DNA from: the human T2T-CHM13v2.0 reference genome, Homo sapiens
Length of the DNA stretch: 64,000 bases
Reading direction: 5' to 3' (one strand)
NCBI RefSeq assembly: GCF_009914755.1
Contig: NC_060930.1
The notes beneath the pieces are model-generated. The model searched no databases, had not been told where the DNA came from, and was given only the letters and a program-made list of their open reading frames with translations. The translations under genes and the position numbers were made by a program. Below are positions 63,096-64,000 of this stretch, in pieces. Numbering within the stretch: the stretch's first letter is position 1; each line of letters starts with the position of its first letter.

Positions 63096-63382
63096 TCTAC
63101 CCAAAAAATGTTATCTAATGGTTTCAGTGATTTAGTTATGAATTATTACATCTTTCATACATTTATTGACCAGTTATATTTTTTCTGTGAGCAGTCTTTC
63201 ATCCCTTTTGTCCATGTTTTTGGTTTTTTTGTTTTTTAATTGAAAACATTGGATAGTCTGAGACTTTCTATGTAGTATAAAAATGTGTTCCCTATCATAT
63301 GTATTGAAAATATTTTCCTCTCACTTGTTATTTGTGTCTCGATTTTGTTTATGTGTTTTTTTTGCCGTTGTACAGAAAGTAA

Positions 63383-64000
<618 letters not shown>

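Overview
Human (primate) genomic DNA; I recognise the gene order as the 6p24 locus C6orf52 / PAK1IP1 / TMEM14C. Two genes are complete on the + strand. PAK1IP1 has 10 coding exons (22705-37171) that splice to 1179 nt = 392 aa, a WD40 nucleolar protein. TMEM14C has a non-coding exon 1 and 5 coding exons (52311-58363) that splice to 339 nt = 112 aa, a mitochondrial membrane protein. C6orf52 lies on the - strand, head-to-head with PAK1IP1 across a CpG island; its last coding exon falls outside the window. The rest is mostly repeats: about 50 Alus, old L1s, Tigger/hAT remnants, MaLR elements and many ERV1 solo LTRs. Most notable: (1) a nested Alu > LTR12(-) > LTR12C(+) insertion forming a near-spacerless inverted repeat and a divergent promoter pair just upstream of TMEM14C; (2) a tailless 34-nt U2 snRNA retrocopy with a 17-bp target-site duplication (TSD); (3) a full-length Y1 RNA retrocopy; (4) a near-perfect 3 x 93-bp tandem repeat in PAK1IP1 intron 2; (5) similarity of C6orf52 to the TRNAU1AP C-terminal region; (6) several alternative splice acceptors and inverted-Alu structures. 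I see no evidence of a wholly new gene system. Repeat subfamily names are recalled from memory and need RepeatMasker/Dfam confirmation.
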